DNA of 64,000 nt from Gemmatimonadota bacterium (GTDB taxonomy: Bacteria; Gemmatimonadota; Gemmatimonadetes; Palauibacterales; Palauibacteraceae), in NCBI GenBank assembly GCA_963666735.1, contig OY762926.1, positions 96,001 through 160,000 on the forward strand, written 5' to 3'. Position 1 is the stretch's first letter, and the number at the start of each line of letters is the position of its first letter. A program made the position numbers and the translations under genes. Below, piece after piece: positions 10,333-19,939 of the stretch. Under the pieces are notes generated by a model. It saw only the letters and a list, made by a program, of their open reading frames with translations, made no database searches and was not told the DNA's origin.

Positions 10333-10375
10333 AACTCGACGTCTGCTCGGCCGTCGTTCCGCTCCGGGTCTTCAA
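10333..10375 (-). pseudogene. ispH: Displaced 5' end of ispH (first ~14 codons)
   Basis: TTG at 10375 preceded by GGAGG; MKTRSGTTAEQTSS joins the ispH body in frame once the IS and one AACT copy are removed. Confidence 0.75.
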
Positions 10376-10595
10376 CGTCGTCAGCCTCCCCTCCTACAAC
10401 GGTCGCAGCGATCACGCGATTCCAGCCGCCCAGCCGAGCGGTCCATTGTAGGGGTAGATAGTACCCGTAACGTGTCCATCTCACAACGTTGGATTAGGAA
10501 GTGCGAACAGATTCAAGCTATTGCCCGCGGGAAGTGGGTTTGGAGGGGTGCCGCTCGCCGCGATCAAGGGCTCGGCGGCGACGGCGCTGGGGGAC

Positions 10596-10961
10596 TCACG
10601 CGACGCCGACCGGAACGGGATCGCCAGCAGGGCATGGATCGCGAGCAGCGCGAGGGCGAAGCCCCTGCCGAGAGCTCCCATCGACTCGGAGATTTCGCGG
10701 CGCTCGCCTGCGAACGAGTGTACGAAGCCGGGAGTTGCGGGCCGACATTCCCCGCAGCTTCGCATCGAGCCGCTGCGTCGCAATCGCTTGCTCGTAGGAG
10801 TAGAGCCGGTATCCGTTCGCCGCCCGTCCCGACGGAACGAGCAGGCCGATCCGGTCGTAGTGGTGCAGGGTGCGCACCGTGACGCGGGCCAGCCGGGCGA
10901 CCTCGCCCACCTTCGCCGCATTCGGCCTGGGCGGGAGATCCGGCTTCGGCGAGGAGCCCAC
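10596..10961 (-). pseudogene. MerR-family HTH remnant
   Basis: KVGEVARLARVTVRTLHHYDRIGLLVPSGRAANGYRLYS is a MerR HTH; flanking residues are not recognisable. Confidence 0.65.
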
Positions 10962-11209
10962 CGGAAGAACCGAACACCGCCGCGGCGGCTGCCATCACGC
11001 GCCACACGCCGAACCCGGCCCACGAACGCGCTGGCATCACCGTCTGACAGAGAGACGCGGTAGGGAAGGGACGCGACAGGGAGGGCCCACGCCCAAACGT
11101 TCGTCCGATTGAAGGAGCCCGTCGCGGCCCCCCGCCCTCGAGGCGGGCAGTTGGCTACAGTTGGCCAGACTCTCCATGGCTTCCCTCGCGGGGATGTGCA
11201 TGGGGTATC

Positions 11210-12508
11210 CTAGGGCGCTCGGGAGCCGCGGGGCAGCGTGTCGGGATCGGGGCCCGGCGCCCCGGCGGACCGTGGCAGCGTGTCGACCTCGACATCGGTC
11301 GCGCTGGCGGCGCGCGGAAGGGCGGCCCGTGCTTCGAGCCTCCCGACGGCGGCGGAGATCGCCCGACCCGTGGCGTCCCGCGTTCCGAAGCTCCGCAGGA
11401 CCTCGCGGAGCCGGGGCAGCGCTTCCACGGCGTGGATCTCGGCGAGCGCGTCCGCCGCGTGCCTGCCGCCCGATCCCTCGAGCGCGTGGCCGAGCGCCGC
11501 GATGATCCCCGCCCGGTATCCGCCGTCGTACGCCTTGAGACGCACGTAATCGCCGCCGAGCGCCGCCCTCACCGTCTCGACCAGTTCTTCTTCGCCCAGT
11601 TGCCTCAACGCGTCGGCGACCCCGTCGCGGAAGCGCAGGCCGGCGGACTTCCGGGCGTCGCCGAGCAGCGGGACGAGAGATCCGATCGCACCGGGGTGCC
11701 GAATCTCGGCGAGCGCTTCGATCGCCCGGGACCCAAGCACGGTGTCTTCGTCCCGGGCCACATCGGTGAGGGCCGGGATCGCCGAGGGGTCGCCCAACCG
11801 CCCGAGTTGGGTTGCCGCGTCGCGTCGCGGTCCGTCGCCTTCCCAGAGGACGTATTTGTCCCGGATCCGGCCCCCGGGCGCGCGCAGGCGCCGGATGTGG
11901 ACGGGGACGTCGTCCGGTTGCGCCGGTCCGTTGTGACCGTCCCAACAGATCTGCCGCAGGATCTCGCCGAAGAGGTCGAACAGCGTCCGGAGCTGCCGGA
12001 GGTCCTTGATTGCCCTCTCCGCCCGGAAGTGGAGTTCGTCCACCCCGTCGGGGAACTTGCTGAACCACCCGCCACGACCCTTGACGGACAGATGGATCTT
12101 CGGTTGGGCCTGGATGCCGGCGCGGATCTTCCGGTTGTCGAAGAGACGCCGCAGGCGGCGCGGCGCATCGCCCTTGATCACGAAGTCCCGGTCGAACCGG
12201 GGATGGCCGACCTCGATGTCCCGCAGCCCCATCGCCTTCCCCAGCCCGCTCAGGAGACCGGCCCGGTAGATCTCGAACCTGAAACCCTCCGGATTGAAGT
12301 AGGGGGCGCGGATCCTCGTGAACGTCTGGTTCGTCTTGCCGTCGCCCGATGTGTACGTGTCGAGGGTGATGATCCAGTCGCCGGTGCGGGCCTGGACGGC
12401 GAACGGGCTGAAGAGGCCTCCTTCGTGGAACTGCCCGTCCACGTCCTCGGCGAGCTGCCGCCACACGTCTCTCCGGCTCGGTCCGAACAGGGCCCTGAGG
12501 AGTTTCAT
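11210..12508 (-). CDS. HEAT-repeat-containing protein with an uncharacterised N-terminal domain
   Basis: Repeated AATQLGRLGDPSAIPAL / AIEALAEIRHPGAIGSL / AADALAEIHAVEALPRL units; ATGA overlap with upstream gene. Confidence 0.75.
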   Translation of the reverse strand: MKLLRALFGPSRRDVWRQLAEDVDGQFHEGGLFSPFAVQARTGDWIITLDTYTSGDGKTNQTFTRIRAPYFNPEGFRFEIYRAGLLSGLGKAMGLRDIEVGHPRFDRDFVIKGDAPRRLRRLFDNRKIRAGIQAQPKIHLSVKGRGGWFSKFPDGVDELHFRAERAIKDLRQLRTLFDLFGEILRQICWDGHNGPAQPDDVPVHIRRLRAPGGRIRDKYVLWEGDGPRRDAATQLGRLGDPSAIPALTDVARDEDTVLGSRAIEALAEIRHPGAIGSLVPLLGDARKSAGLRFRDGVADALRQLGEEELVETVRAALGGDYVRLKAYDGGYRAGIIAALGHALEGSGGRHAADALAEIHAVEALPRLREVLRSFGTRDATGRAISAAVGRLEARAALPRAASATDVEVDTLPRSAGAPGPDPDTLPRGSRAP

Positions 12509-14124
12509 CGCAATCGTACCACCGGGTGCTTGACCTTCAGGTCGGTTTTTCGGTGCAGGTCATGTACGGTTACACACAGCCAGCGATTCTCGTCCACGGA
12601 ATACGTGACGCGCAGGCGGGGCGCGGCGCCCTTGCCGGCCGGCTCCAGCGGCAGCGCCGGGTCCGCCTCGTTGAGGCACAGGCAGAACGCCCGTTCGCCG
12701 GCGGTCTCCGGCACGAAATAGCGGGAGCCGTTGCTGCGCTCGGTCCAGTCGATCGGACGCCCGGCCACGCGTCCGACCTCGCAGATGAAGAGGTTGATGT
12801 GCCGCTGGCCGTCGAAGCCGGGGGCGTAGTAGCGCGTCGCGAAGTTGTCGACCGTCGGAAAGCACGTGCCGCCGGGGATGAGCAGTTCGTACTCGGCGTC
12901 GGCCTCGGCGTCGGCCTCGGCGCCGGCGTCGTCGCCACCGGGCAGGACGCGAAGCGCGTAGTCGTGGTAGATGAAGTCCTCGACGTGCGCGCCGCCCGCG
13001 AAGATGCACGCGCCGCGGGCGACGGCCGCGAAGGGGAGCCACTCGCGCACCTTGTCCCGGCCGAGCACGTCACCCACGACGTTGCGCACCTCCGGCAGGA
13101 GCGTGGACCCGCCCTCTAGGATCACATCATCGATGCCGTCGGGGAGGATGCCGTGCCGGGTCCGCAGCTCGGCGAGCAGCGCGTCGAGCAGCTCCCGGAT
13201 CCGCGCGTACAGGCCGTTGGCGGCGAGCAGGTCGCTGAGGACGGGATAGTCCAGCCTGCCGTACGATTCGTTGCGGAAGGTGAAGTTGCCCTCGTTCCCC
13301 GCGCTTGCGAGCAGCTTCACGCGCTCGGCCTCCCAGCGGAGCGCGACCTCCCATTCGGGCCAGTCGCGCAGGGCCGAGGGGACGAACCGCTCCAGAATCC
13401 AGCCGTCCACGTCGTCTCCGCCGAGTTCCACGGCCTGCTTGGCCAGCACCTCCGCGCGCCCGGTCTCCACGGTCCGGGCGCCGTGGGTCCTCACGACCGC
13501 GGCTTCCATCGACCCCCCGCCGAAATCGAAGGCGACGAGGGTGGTGGGGCGTCCGACATCGACGCCGTAGCCGAGCGCGGCCGCGACCGGCTCGTCGAGC
13601 GTGCGGAACACGATCCCGGTCGGCCTCCGCCGCAGGCGGGCCCACATGCGCGCCCACCAGCCGCGGTGCTTCAGCCTTCGGATGATCGCCTGCAACTCGG
13701 CCCGGTACGTCTCGTAGAAGCCGCTCGGCGTGGCGATCGTGATGTCGGTGACTTCTTCGTCGAATCGCGCCTCTAGGGCGCCGATGACCTCCCGCAGGAA
13801 GAGCGCCGCGATGTCCTGGGCGGTGAAGAACCTTCCGCCCGCGCGCGCCAGGGCCCGCCCGCTCTCCGTGCCGAGGTAGCGCTTGAAGCCGCGCGCGAAG
13901 CCCGTGGCCTGTCCGTCCCAGTTGTAGGTGACGGCCGCCTGTCCGATGAGGACTTCCTCGCCGTCCCGGTCCATGACGCACACGCACGACGGCATGACCG
14001 GCGTCTGCGTGACGGGCTCGAGTTTCGCGAGATCCGGCAGGTTCAGGATGCGCGGCCGACCGGACCGGTCTTCGCAGATCGTGGTGTTGGACGTGCCGAG
14101 ATCGATGGCCCAGTGAGTCGACAT
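12505..14124 (-). CDS. Hsp70-family (DnaK-like) ATPase
   Basis: AIDLGTSNT, LDEPVAAALGYG, FDFGGGS, LGGDDVD, LEGGSTLLP motifs. Confidence 0.88.
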   Translation of the reverse strand: MSTHWAIDLGTSNTTICEDRSGRPRILNLPDLAKLEPVTQTPVMPSCVCVMDRDGEEVLIGQAAVTYNWDGQATGFARGFKRYLGTESGRALARAGGRFFTAQDIAALFLREVIGALEARFDEEVTDITIATPSGFYETYRAELQAIIRRLKHRGWWARMWARLRRRPTGIVFRTLDEPVAAALGYGVDVGRPTTLVAFDFGGGSMEAAVVRTHGARTVETGRAEVLAKQAVELGGDDVDGWILERFVPSALRDWPEWEVALRWEAERVKLLASAGNEGNFTFRNESYGRLDYPVLSDLLAANGLYARIRELLDALLAELRTRHGILPDGIDDVILEGGSTLLPEVRNVVGDVLGRDKVREWLPFAAVARGACIFAGGAHVEDFIYHDYALRVLPGGDDAGAEADAEADAEYELLIPGGTCFPTVDNFATRYYAPGFDGQRHINLFICEVGRVAGRPIDWTERSNGSRYFVPETAGERAFCLCLNEADPALPLEPAGKGAAPRLRVTYSVDENRWLCVTVHDLHRKTDLKVKHPVVRLR

Positions 14125-14422
14125 GGCAGAGATCTTGCGGGCGTCCGGGGGGCGGGGGAAAGGTGGCGTCCCTGCGCCGGGAGTGCGGCCGGAGGTCCTG
14201 CGTCGGGGGTGTTCGCGGCGGTGCGTGTGAAGCCGTATGCCAATCGAAGATCACACTTGCGATTGGCATAGGCCGATGCACGGTCGCCGACACACGTATG
14301 ATTGCCCGAGATCTCGCGCCGAAACGCCGTGGCCGCGTCCCGCTCGCCTGAAAGACCCTCGTCGCGTCCTTCTGGTGTTACGTGCGCAGCCCGCCCGGCG
14401 TTCCGCGCGCCGGTCTTCGGCG

Positions 14423-15604
14423 CTACCGGGAGCGGTCGAAGAACACCCGTTCGGCCAGTCCCCGGAACGCGTTCCAGCTCAGGAGTCCGGCCTGCAGCGC
14501 GCGCGCCACCGGAAGGCGGTCGAACCCCCAGCGCGCGGCGCGTTTCAGGGCGTGGTTCGGATACGCGCGGCGCACGACGTCACCGGGGTGGGGGACGCCG
14601 GGCTGAGGCCCCCCGTCGCCCGAGCCGCCCCCGTCGCCCGAGCCGTCCACCTCGAGGTGATCGGCGATGGCGTCGGCGGCGAGCTTGCCGAACCGGTACG
14701 CCTGGTGAATGCCGCCGGCGGTGAGCGGCGACACCATGCCGGCCGCGTCTCCGACGAGCAGGACGCGGTCCGCGTGGAAGTTCTTGAGCAGGCCGCCGAT
14801 CGGGATGACGCCGCCGCGCTTCTCCAGCACCCGCCTCCCGGACAACCCGAACAGGCCGTCGATCTTCGCGCTGAACCGGCGCATGTCCGCGCGGCGGTCG
14901 CGATGGAGCGCGAGCCCGACCTGCGTGGCCCCGACGCCGGGGACGACCCACCCGATGTAGCCCGGCGCGCACTCGGGATCGATGAAGCAGTGCAGGCAGC
15001 CGCCGTCGCCGGTGCGGGGCTCGTACTCCCACTCGACGCCCTTGAGGAGTCGGCGGTTGCGGTCCAGGCCGAAGCTATCGGCCACTCTGGAGCGCGCCCC
15101 GTCGGCCCCGACGAGGAACCGGCAGGTCACGCCGGAAGCCGCGCCGGAACCAGCGAGCGTCAGGGGAGTCGAGCCTCGCATCGAGCCTCGCGTCGTGCCC
15201 GCCGCCGCCGTCGACACGACGCCCTCGTAGGGGGCGCCGAACCGGATCTCGGCCCCCGCGCGGAGCGTCTCGTCGACGAGATGACGGAGAAGCCCCGCGG
15301 TGTCGGTCGCCATGAAGAAGTAGGAATCCCGCTCCAGTTCGACGAAGCGGTGGCTCGGATCGTAGACCCGGACGCGCTGGATGCGGCGCACGAGCGACGC
15401 GGGGGCCGCCCATTCCTCCCACGCTTCCTTGACGAGGATCCCGGTCGTGTGGATGCGCTCGCCCGGTGCCGACTGGCGCTCCAGGACAAGGACGGAGAGA
15501 CCGCGCTCCGCCGCCCGCCGCGCGCAGGCGAGCCCCGCGAACCCGGCCCCCACCACGACGACATCGTAGTCCGCGGATTTACGTGGCGCACCGATGGCCA
15601 TCAC
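14423..15604 (-). CDS. FAD-dependent oxidoreductase, geranylgeranyl reductase-like
   Basis: VVVVGAGFAG, LVGADGARS, GYIGWVVP, LVGDAAGMVSPLTAGGI motifs. Confidence 0.85.
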   Translation of the reverse strand: MMAIGAPRKSADYDVVVVGAGFAGLACARRAAERGLSVLVLERQSAPGERIHTTGILVKEAWEEWAAPASLVRRIQRVRVYDPSHRFVELERDSYFFMATDTAGLLRHLVDETLRAGAEIRFGAPYEGVVSTAAAGTTRGSMRGSTPLTLAGSGAASGVTCRFLVGADGARSRVADSFGLDRNRRLLKGVEWEYEPRTGDGGCLHCFIDPECAPGYIGWVVPGVGATQVGLALHRDRRADMRRFSAKIDGLFGLSGRRVLEKRGGVIPIGGLLKNFHADRVLLVGDAAGMVSPLTAGGIHQAYRFGKLAADAIADHLEVDGSGDGGGSGDGGPQPGVPHPGDVVRRAYPNHALKRAARWGFDRLPVARALQAGLLSWNAFRGLAERVFFDRSR

Positions 15605-15914
15605 CGTCTCTCCCTCCGGTTCAGGAGACCTTCCCGCGGGAACGTCGCGGTGGGCTCAGCAGCCGCAGGCGGTCTCCGTCCCGGCTCGCGCCTCGTCCCC
15701 CTCGGTGGCGTAGCCGTCGCGCCTCCATCAGTCCGGTGTTCATCGGTCTGTCCAACTCCGCGCAACGGGTCCGGTCCAGGGAGGGGGCGCGAGCCATCCG
15801 CAGGGGGGGACACAGGGGGTTCTACCCCGGCGGACGACGCAGTGCAAGCACGGTCCGGTCGTTCGGTCCGGTTGCGGATGCCCGGGCCGCGGCTACGCAC
15901 GGGAGACGTCGGCC

Positions 15915-16130
15915 CGTTCACCTCCGCCGCGTCGAGTTCCTCGAAGGGAAGGCCGTGCTCGAGGCACGCCCGCCGCGAGCCCTCGACAATCCAGCTCTCG
16001 GGGCGTCCGATGCCGAGGCCGCCCGTGACCCGCAGGATCGATTCGCCCGAGACATCCTCGAGTTCCCGCCAGGATCGGTATGCGGCCCGCACGAGCGGCA
16101 CGTATTCCGCCCACGCGAAATAGGCGAGCC
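15915..16130 (-). pseudogene. Internal fragment of a sarcosine oxidase / N-methyltryptophan oxidase (SolA-like) gene
   Basis: AYFAWAEYVPLVRAAYRSWRELEDVSGESILRVTGGLGIG...ACLEHGLPFEELDAAEV; FAD-binding N-terminus and C-terminus absent; limits approximate. Confidence 0.65.
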
Positions 16131-16295
16131 CTGTTCATTCGCACCGGGGCCGAGCCCCTCGAGGACGGACGGCGAAACGTATCCACATCGAGTACACTTC
16201 GAGTACATATGGAGCACACTGTGGCTCTTTCCGCGGGCGAGATCCCCGCCGGTGGGGCACGACCACCGGCCGAACCCGGAACCCGGAAGCGTCCC

Positions 16296-16745
16296 ATGAA
16301 CGTCTTCATCAACCTGCCGGTGGAGGATCTCGAGCGCTCCCGCGCCTTCTTCACGGCGCTCGGCTTCGCCTTCAACGACGATTTCTGCGACGAGGCGACC
16401 CTCGGCATGGAGATCGGCGGCAACTGCTACGCCATGCTGGTGACGCGAGAGAGGTTCGCCACCTTCACGAACCGCGCGCCCGCGGACGCGCGCGAGACGA
16501 CGGAGGTCCTGGTCTCGCTCCAACTCGAGAATCGTGAGGCGGTGGACGCCTTGATGAAGATCGCGCTCGCGCACGGAGCGGAGGCGCTCCGGAAACCGCA
16601 GGACTACGGCTTCATGTACAGCCGCGACTTCGCGGACCCGGATGGACACATCTGGGAGCCCTTCTGGCTGGACCTCGACGCCGCCACGGTTGCCGGCGCC
16701 GGTAACGTCGACAGCCGGGCGGTCGCCGGGGAGGGTGCCTCATAA
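16296..16745 (+). CDS. VOC/glyoxalase family protein
   Basis: FINLPVEDLERSRAFFTALGF and GFMYSRDFADPDGHIWE. Confidence 0.9.
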   Translation: MNVFINLPVEDLERSRAFFTALGFAFNDDFCDEATLGMEIGGNCYAMLVTRERFATFTNRAPADARETTEVLVSLQLENREAVDALMKIALAHGAEALRKPQDYGFMYSRDFADPDGHIWEPFWLDLDAATVAGAGNVDSRAVAGEGAS

Positions 16746-16822
16746 CGGAGGCCACGGACCGGGAGGCCGCCTTCCGGGGCGAGATCGGGAAGAATCCGCG
16801 GACGCTGACAGGGGTGCTGACG

Positions 16823-18004
16823 ATGGAACCAACGAGCCCGGTACACATGGGGAGGCGGACCTTTCTCGGTGCCGCCGCGGGCCTCGCGCTCGCGGCCACG
16901 GGTGTCGCGGGCCGAGCCCGGGTACCGCAGGCGCGGCGCGCCCAGCCCGACCTGTTCGTCATCAACATGCTCGGGGGCATCCGGAACCCGAACCGGCGGG
17001 GCTCGCGCGATCCTCTGGGGGGGCATCCCCCGGACGGGCCGCTCACGCTGGACGAACGGGCGCTCTCCGACGCGCTCGCCTCCGGGACGGCCGCCGTCAA
17101 CACCACGATCGGCTACGTGGCCGGCCCGCAGGATCCGTTCGAGTACTCCGTGACGGATGTCGCGCGCTGGAACCGGATCATCCGGAACCATCCCGATGCC
17201 CTCCTCAAGGTCCGGGCTGCGGGCGAAATCGAACGGGCCGAGCGGGAAGGCAGGGTCGGCATCATCCTGGGTTTCCAGAACGCGGCCATGATGGGGGACG
17301 ATGCGGCGCGGGTCGGCGTGTTCGCGGGGCTCGGGGTCAAGATCATCCAGCTCACCTACAACGGCGCGAACCAACTCGGGCACGGCTCGATGGTGCCGGA
17401 GAACGGCGGGCTGACGGACTTGGGGCGGGACGTCGTCGCGGAACTCAACGCCACCCGGACGCTCGTGGACCTCAGCCACAGCGGCGAGCGCACCTGCCTC
17501 GATGCGATCGCCGCCTCCGCCGTACCGGTCGCGATCACGCACACGGGCTGCCGGGCGGTGACGAACCTCCCCCGCAACAAGACGGACCGGGAGTTGCGGC
17601 TCGTCGCCGAGGGCGGCGGGATCGTCGGGATCTACTTCATGCCCTTCCTCGCGGCGGACGGCATGGCCGTGGCGGAGGATGTGGTGCGGCACATCGAGCA
17701 CGCGGTGGCGGTGTGCGGCGAGGAACACGTCGGCATCGGCACCGACGGCGGGACGACGGCCGTGGACGATATCGAGGCGGCCTACGAAGCGACGCGGCGG
17801 GAAGTCGAGGCGCGGCGCAGGGCGGGGATCAGCGCCGCCGGCGAGCGTCCCGGCGTCGTGCCCTTCATCCCCGATCTTCAGGGCCCGGACCAGTTCCGGC
17901 GGCTTGCCGGCATGCTGCGCGCCCGCGGGCACTCGTCGGAGCGCATCGAGAGAATCCTCGGGCTGAACGCGCTGCGCGTCATGCGCGACGTATGGGGAGA
18001 GTGA
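16823..18004 (+). CDS. Membrane dipeptidase (peptidase M19) with Tat signal
   Basis: GRRTFLG twin-arginine motif; QLTYN, VDLSH, THTGC, PRNKTD, HVGIGTD motifs. Confidence 0.88.
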   Translation: MEPTSPVHMGRRTFLGAAAGLALAATGVAGRARVPQARRAQPDLFVINMLGGIRNPNRRGSRDPLGGHPPDGPLTLDERALSDALASGTAAVNTTIGYVAGPQDPFEYSVTDVARWNRIIRNHPDALLKVRAAGEIERAEREGRVGIILGFQNAAMMGDDAARVGVFAGLGVKIIQLTYNGANQLGHGSMVPENGGLTDLGRDVVAELNATRTLVDLSHSGERTCLDAIAASAVPVAITHTGCRAVTNLPRNKTDRELRLVAEGGGIVGIYFMPFLAADGMAVAEDVVRHIEHAVAVCGEEHVGIGTDGGTTAVDDIEAAYEATRREVEARRRAGISAAGERPGVVPFIPDLQGPDQFRRLAGMLRARGHSSERIERILGLNALRVMRDVWGE

Positions 18005-18006
18005 GA

Positions 18007-18914
18007 ATGTCGGACACGGGCACCCGTAGGCCCCGGGGGGCGAAGGCGGCCCTGGTTGCGACGGCGGCGCTGGCGTCGCTCTGCGCGCCGACCGCTCCCC
18101 TCGCTGGCCAGTCCCGGAGCGGGGAACCGCCTCGGAATCCGAACGCGGAGTCCGAGACGACGGTCTATGAAGGCGTGTCCATCCTCGATGGCACCGGCGC
18201 GCCGCTCATGCCGGACATGTCCATCGTGGTCCGCGACGGACGGATCGCGGCGGTCGCCGGGACGGACGAACTGTCCCTCGAACACTGGCCCGAGGCCGAA
18301 ATCGAGGATGCGTGGGGGCTGTTCGTCATCCCGGGACTCATCGAGAGCCACACGCACCTCGCCACGCGCGCGGACCGGGCGGCGGCCGAGTTCGAACTCA
18401 ACCGCTTCATCTATGGGGGCGTGACGACCGTGCGGGACATGGCGGGCGACGTGCGCGCGCTCGCGGAACTGCAGCGGGCGGCGCTGGTGGGTGAGATCCC
18501 GGCTCCGGACATCCACTACGCGGCCCTGGTGGCGGGCGAGTCCTTCTTCGTCGATCCGCGCACGCGAGCTTCCTCGATGGGCGAGGTCCCCGGACACGTT
18601 CCGTGGCGGCGAGCGCCGCGATCCCGGACGAGGTGATGGCGGAGGCGCTGGCCGGACGCCGTTCCGGCAGGGTCGACGTGGACCTGGACGATCCGCGTAT
18701 CGACGCGGTGCTCGAGGAGATGAAGCGCCACGGCACGGTGCTCGACGCGACGCTGAAGGTCGAGGCGGGGAAGTACGCCAACCTCGTGTTCCTGGAAGAG
18801 GATCCGACCGCGGGGGTCGAGAACCTCAGGTCCGTCCGCTTCACGCTCAAGCGCGGCCACCGCTTCGATCGAGGCGAATTCGAACTCGGAACGCAGCCCG
18901 ACCGCCGGCCGTAG
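18007..18914 (+). pseudogene. Amidohydrolase family gene with internal deletions and a frame change
   Basis: PGLIESHTHL and GVTTVRDMAG in frame 1 to ~18610; then in another frame HGTVLDATL fused directly to the C-terminal KVEAGKYANLVFLEEDP. Confidence 0.75.
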
Positions 18915-18929
18915 GGTGGGGAGGCGCGC

Positions 18930-19360
18930 CGCCGTGGCCGGTTCGCGGCGTCAACGGGCCCGCGGCGGACGCAGATATCCCCGCTGTCGCCACGTTCGAG
19001 GGGACGGTCGACTTCGAGATCGGCGAATTCGAGGGGGATGACGCGTACCTGTTCAGCCGTATCGCTGCGGTGGCGGCGGATCCGCGGGGCCGGATTCTCG
19101 TCGTCGACCGGGCCCTGACACCCTCGCAGGCGTTGAGGTTCATCGAATCGCTCGAACGTTTTCCCATCCAGGAGATCACCTTCGACCTGTTCCGGGCGGC
19201 CGCCGGCATCAGTCGGCGCTTCCAACTGTCGTACTGGGAGGGCGCGATTCTCGCCGCGGCCCGCGCCCGCCGCTGCGATATCGTCTACTCGGAAGACCTG
19301 AGCGCCGAGCAGGACTACGGTGGCCTGCGAGTGATCAATCCATTTGCCGAACTCCGCTGA
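18930..19360 (+). pseudogene. Chimeric remnant: beta-propeller N-terminal fragment fused to the C-terminal half of a PIN (VapC-like) domain
   Basis: EIGEFEGDDAYLFSRIAAVAADPRGRILVVD followed in frame by FQLSYWEGAILAAA...VYSEDL...GLRVINPF. Confidence 0.6.
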
Positions 19361-19395
19361 ATGAAGGTCGGGCCGGGCGGGCGCAGATCGTCATC

Positions 19396-19872
19396 GTGGC
19401 CGGGTACATGCTCCTCCTTCGCTTCTTCAGCGACACCCGTCCCTGGCCCTTCCTGCGCGCCACCGGTTCGTTGTGGGCGACGACCGCCGCCACGACGTCC
19501 AGCCTCGCCTCGCTCCCGGTCGGCCTGGAAACGGCCGGGCGGCTCGGCCTCCCGCGCCGCGCATACTCCCTCGTCCTTCCCCTCGGGGCGCAGCTCAACA
19601 AGGACGGGACCTCGGTCATGCTCGCGGCCGTTCTACTCTTCACGGCCCAGGCCGCCGGCGTGACCTTCTCCCCGGCGGACTTCGTCACGATTCTCCTCCT
19701 GGGGCTGCTGCTCTCGCACGGCACGGGCGGGGTTCCCGGCGGAGGTTTCGAGGTCGTGGCGATCGTCGGCGGCATCTACCGTCTGGTGGACATGAGCAAC
19801 ACGACGGTGAACATCATGGGCGACATGGTCGGCGCGTCTCTCGTCGCTCGGTCCGAGGCGAGGCGGGCATGA
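19396..19872 (+). pseudogene. Dicarboxylate/amino acid:cation symporter (DAACS) C-terminal fragment
   Basis: TTSSLASLP, LPLGAQLNKDG, GVPGGG, DMSNTTVNIMGD motifs; only 158 aa. Confidence 0.75.
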
Positions 19873-19939
19873 TCCGGTGGCCGGCGGCGAACCGAAGGCC
19901 GGCGACGAGTCGGCGGCTGGCATTGAACGGGGAGCTGAC

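Noticed and set aside
12889..15195. Short in-frame repeats in the Hsp70-like and oxidoreductase genes (AEADAEADAE, GSGDGGGSGDGG, RGSMRGS)
   Set aside because: Low-complexity loop expansions with no sign of a separate function
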